Assembly (NCBI GenBank): GCA_002633005.1
Contig: NMRA01000472.1
Location: 39,959 to 103,958 of the forward strand
Reading direction: 5' to 3'
Source of the DNA: Phoronis australis
Taxonomy: Eukaryota; Animalia; Phoronida
Length of the DNA stretch: 64,000 bases
The translations under genes and the position numbers were made by a program. Below are positions 61,872 to 64,000 of this stretch, one piece after another. Within the stretch, counting starts at the first letter, position 1. Each line of letters opens with the position of its first letter. The notes beneath the pieces are model-generated. The model was not told where the DNA came from. It ran no database searches and saw nothing but the letters and a program-made list of their open reading frames with translations.

Positions 61872-62814
61872 CTGCAAAAGAGCAGAGACAATTAATTAAT
61901 GAGCTCTGAACTGTAACAGAGCTTATCGTGTGTACTTTCACTTGGCAATCTACTTTTTCCTGTATAACGCAATGAGGTATTTCCAAATCTTCACAACAGC
62001 GCTAACATTGAGAAGTAAGTCAAATTAAATGAAGTCAAACTGAATGAAAACTAAGACATGTACGAATGGCAATTGCAATTATAATTCACACGAAAAGCAT
62101 TCATTCTTAATCCAGAAAAATTGACAAGTATCTCGAACCGCTGCCTAAGGGATGACAAACTCGCCAGAGTTCACTTGGTCACATGATACAAATCCTAACT
62201 ACTTAAAGCCTACCCTGAATAGGCAATTTATCCCATACGCGTTGAATGACTCGAGTGCAATACGGCCACGTGATATTTTTTCCGTATTCACCTCCCCCAC
62301 TACTTCAACAGTGCCTTCTGACATGGAAAGTTTAAAAGGTAGGTCAATGTCGACTCGACGTCGTTAGCTGGTTCGATCATCAAACTTTCCGAATATAGTA
62401 TTACAATTACAGCTCAGTATAAATAACACTCAACATGCAATCAGGTTCCAAACGTAACATCTGGTATAAAACTGATAATTGACACTTCTGTCTCAGTTTT
62501 CAAGTGCTAAATATTATACCGTCTGCAACTCAGGTGCCGATTCCTCATTAACTACAATATCAAATAATTGTTGTTATTTAACTATTTTAATGAAATGTTA
62601 CATGTTCAATGTTCGTTGTTATCTCTTTTCAAGTAAGAAACCGCTGCATTTAAAACTGTTTCTTTTACTAGAGAACACTTGTAACCTAACGCGCAAGTAT
62701 ATATTACATATACATGTATATATAGGATGTAATCCGCCACGTGAACAGCCTGGGTGAAGGATAAAATCTGCCGAAAAAAATGAAAGAAACTTAGGAATTT
62801 GGGAAGCGTATGGG

Positions 62815-62975
62815 TTAAATACAAAACGTACCTAGATTGGAGTAGATGGAATAACATCCCACTCTACATTATTCCGCATATCGACCGAGACCGAAGGTCG
62901 GGGTCGATATGCGGAATAATGTCTCGTGGGATATCAATTCATCTACGCCACTCTCGGTACGTTTTGTGTATTTAT
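62815..62975. repeat. ~160-nt palindrome with a perfect 21-bp inner stem
   Basis: ACATTATTCCGCATATCGACC (62866-62886) pairs with GGTCGATATGCGGAATAATGT (62902-62922); apical GACC-GAA-GGTC; imperfect outer arms. Confidence 0.9.
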
Positions 62976-63889
62976 TTCCTCCAATATATCAAAAGCATCA
63001 CTCTGACCACAACGAAGTCAAAGAGAACGATTAAGCTTAGTGGCCGACTTTCGTCAACTGCCACCGCAAGAATTCCTAACTACGAACGAGACCCTTCCGG
63101 ATTGGTGTCCTTAGATGTACTGCGGTACCCGCGGCAAATATTTACCGGGGTACCTCTACCGCGGGTACCGGCTAATGTTCGTAACTAGTGCGAACCACCG
63201 ATATGTTTTATTGTTCTGTAGATCTGTTTTATTTTTCTGTTGTTCTCACGGCGTCGTCATATGGCTAATTAATTTATCATAATTTTACTAACCGCGGTAG
63301 GAGTGTAAGATCTTCAGCGACTCGAGAAAACGTTTAGGAGTGTTGGCCAACCTAAAAATTGCGATATCTAAAATGGCGCACGTGCGCATTGTCTGTGACT
63401 TGGTAATGGAAATAGAATTCTTTCACGGTAAAGAATATTACGAGACCGATTTCATGAGAGTAAGAGCTCCAATTCAGCGTCTGTTTTATTGACCCAGTTC
63501 AAAATGACGAATGCAGCTTAAATGCGCGTTTTTTGTCCTGGGAAAGCAATCGGCTGTGACTATCAGAATTATCCAATACATCGAGGATAAGCAAAGTCCA
63601 TTCGCGGAAACCTTTGAATTTACTTCGAGATTCACTAGGAATGTTTCACAAAGACTGTTAAAAATGGTGTCAAGTTGTTCCTTTCTCAGATGATAACAAA
63701 GGAGGCGAGTAGCAGTTGGCAAGAACAACAACTTTGTATTGAAACTGTTGTTGGTCCTAGTGTTGTTCGTGCCAAGCCGCCTGTGCTTTCTTTTAGTCAG
63801 GTGAAAGATCTGGCGACTACACGTATCTCATATAAGCAGATAAATGTGAAAACTGCTGTAAAATCCACATCAGCAGAAATACGTGGAAC

Positions 63890-64000
63890 CAGTGGCGGAT
63901 CTAGGATATCACAAGGGGGGGGGCCCAACATTTTGTCCGGCTGTAAGCATTTGTGCAAACTGAACCACGATTGTAGATGCGCATAGCACCGAATGGGGGG
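63890..64000 (+). mobile_element. hAT-like MITE left end, same family as 450-680
   Basis: Near-identical to 450-552; cut by the window edge. Confidence 0.7.

Overview
AT-rich, repeat-rich metazoan (invertebrate-type) genomic DNA from a draft assembly, with two N-gaps and three single-N joins flanked by near-duplicated sequence. Most of the window (61871 to 16159, minus strand) is one classical calpain gene (CysPc, C2-like and penta-EF-hand domains). I traced 16 coding exons by hand. They give a continuous 622-codon frame plus stop; I found no exon 1, so it is probably beyond 64000. The catalytic Cys codon reads AGC (Ser; QGMLGDSW), and two neighbouring active-site motifs are also altered (GHPYS, RNPWE), while the EF-hands are largely intact. 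This points to a pseudo-protease or a Ser-nucleophile calpain. The gene has a U12-type minor intron and one duplicated exon that is probably an uncollapsed haplotype. Directly downstream on the same strand are three single-coding-exon CD20/MS4A-like four-TM paralogs. Two of them carry an unfamiliar C-[KR]-x-[ST]-G tail motif, and one has had its C-terminus rewritten by a MITE insertion. The remaining DNA holds Kolobok/THAP, Academ-like, Harbinger-like, MuDR-like and hAT-like non-autonomous elements, degenerate LINEs, a BEL/Pao remnant, a Penelope-like remnant with a hammerhead-like core, and a tandem hairpin present in flip and flop orientations. All calls come from manual reading; no database searches were run.
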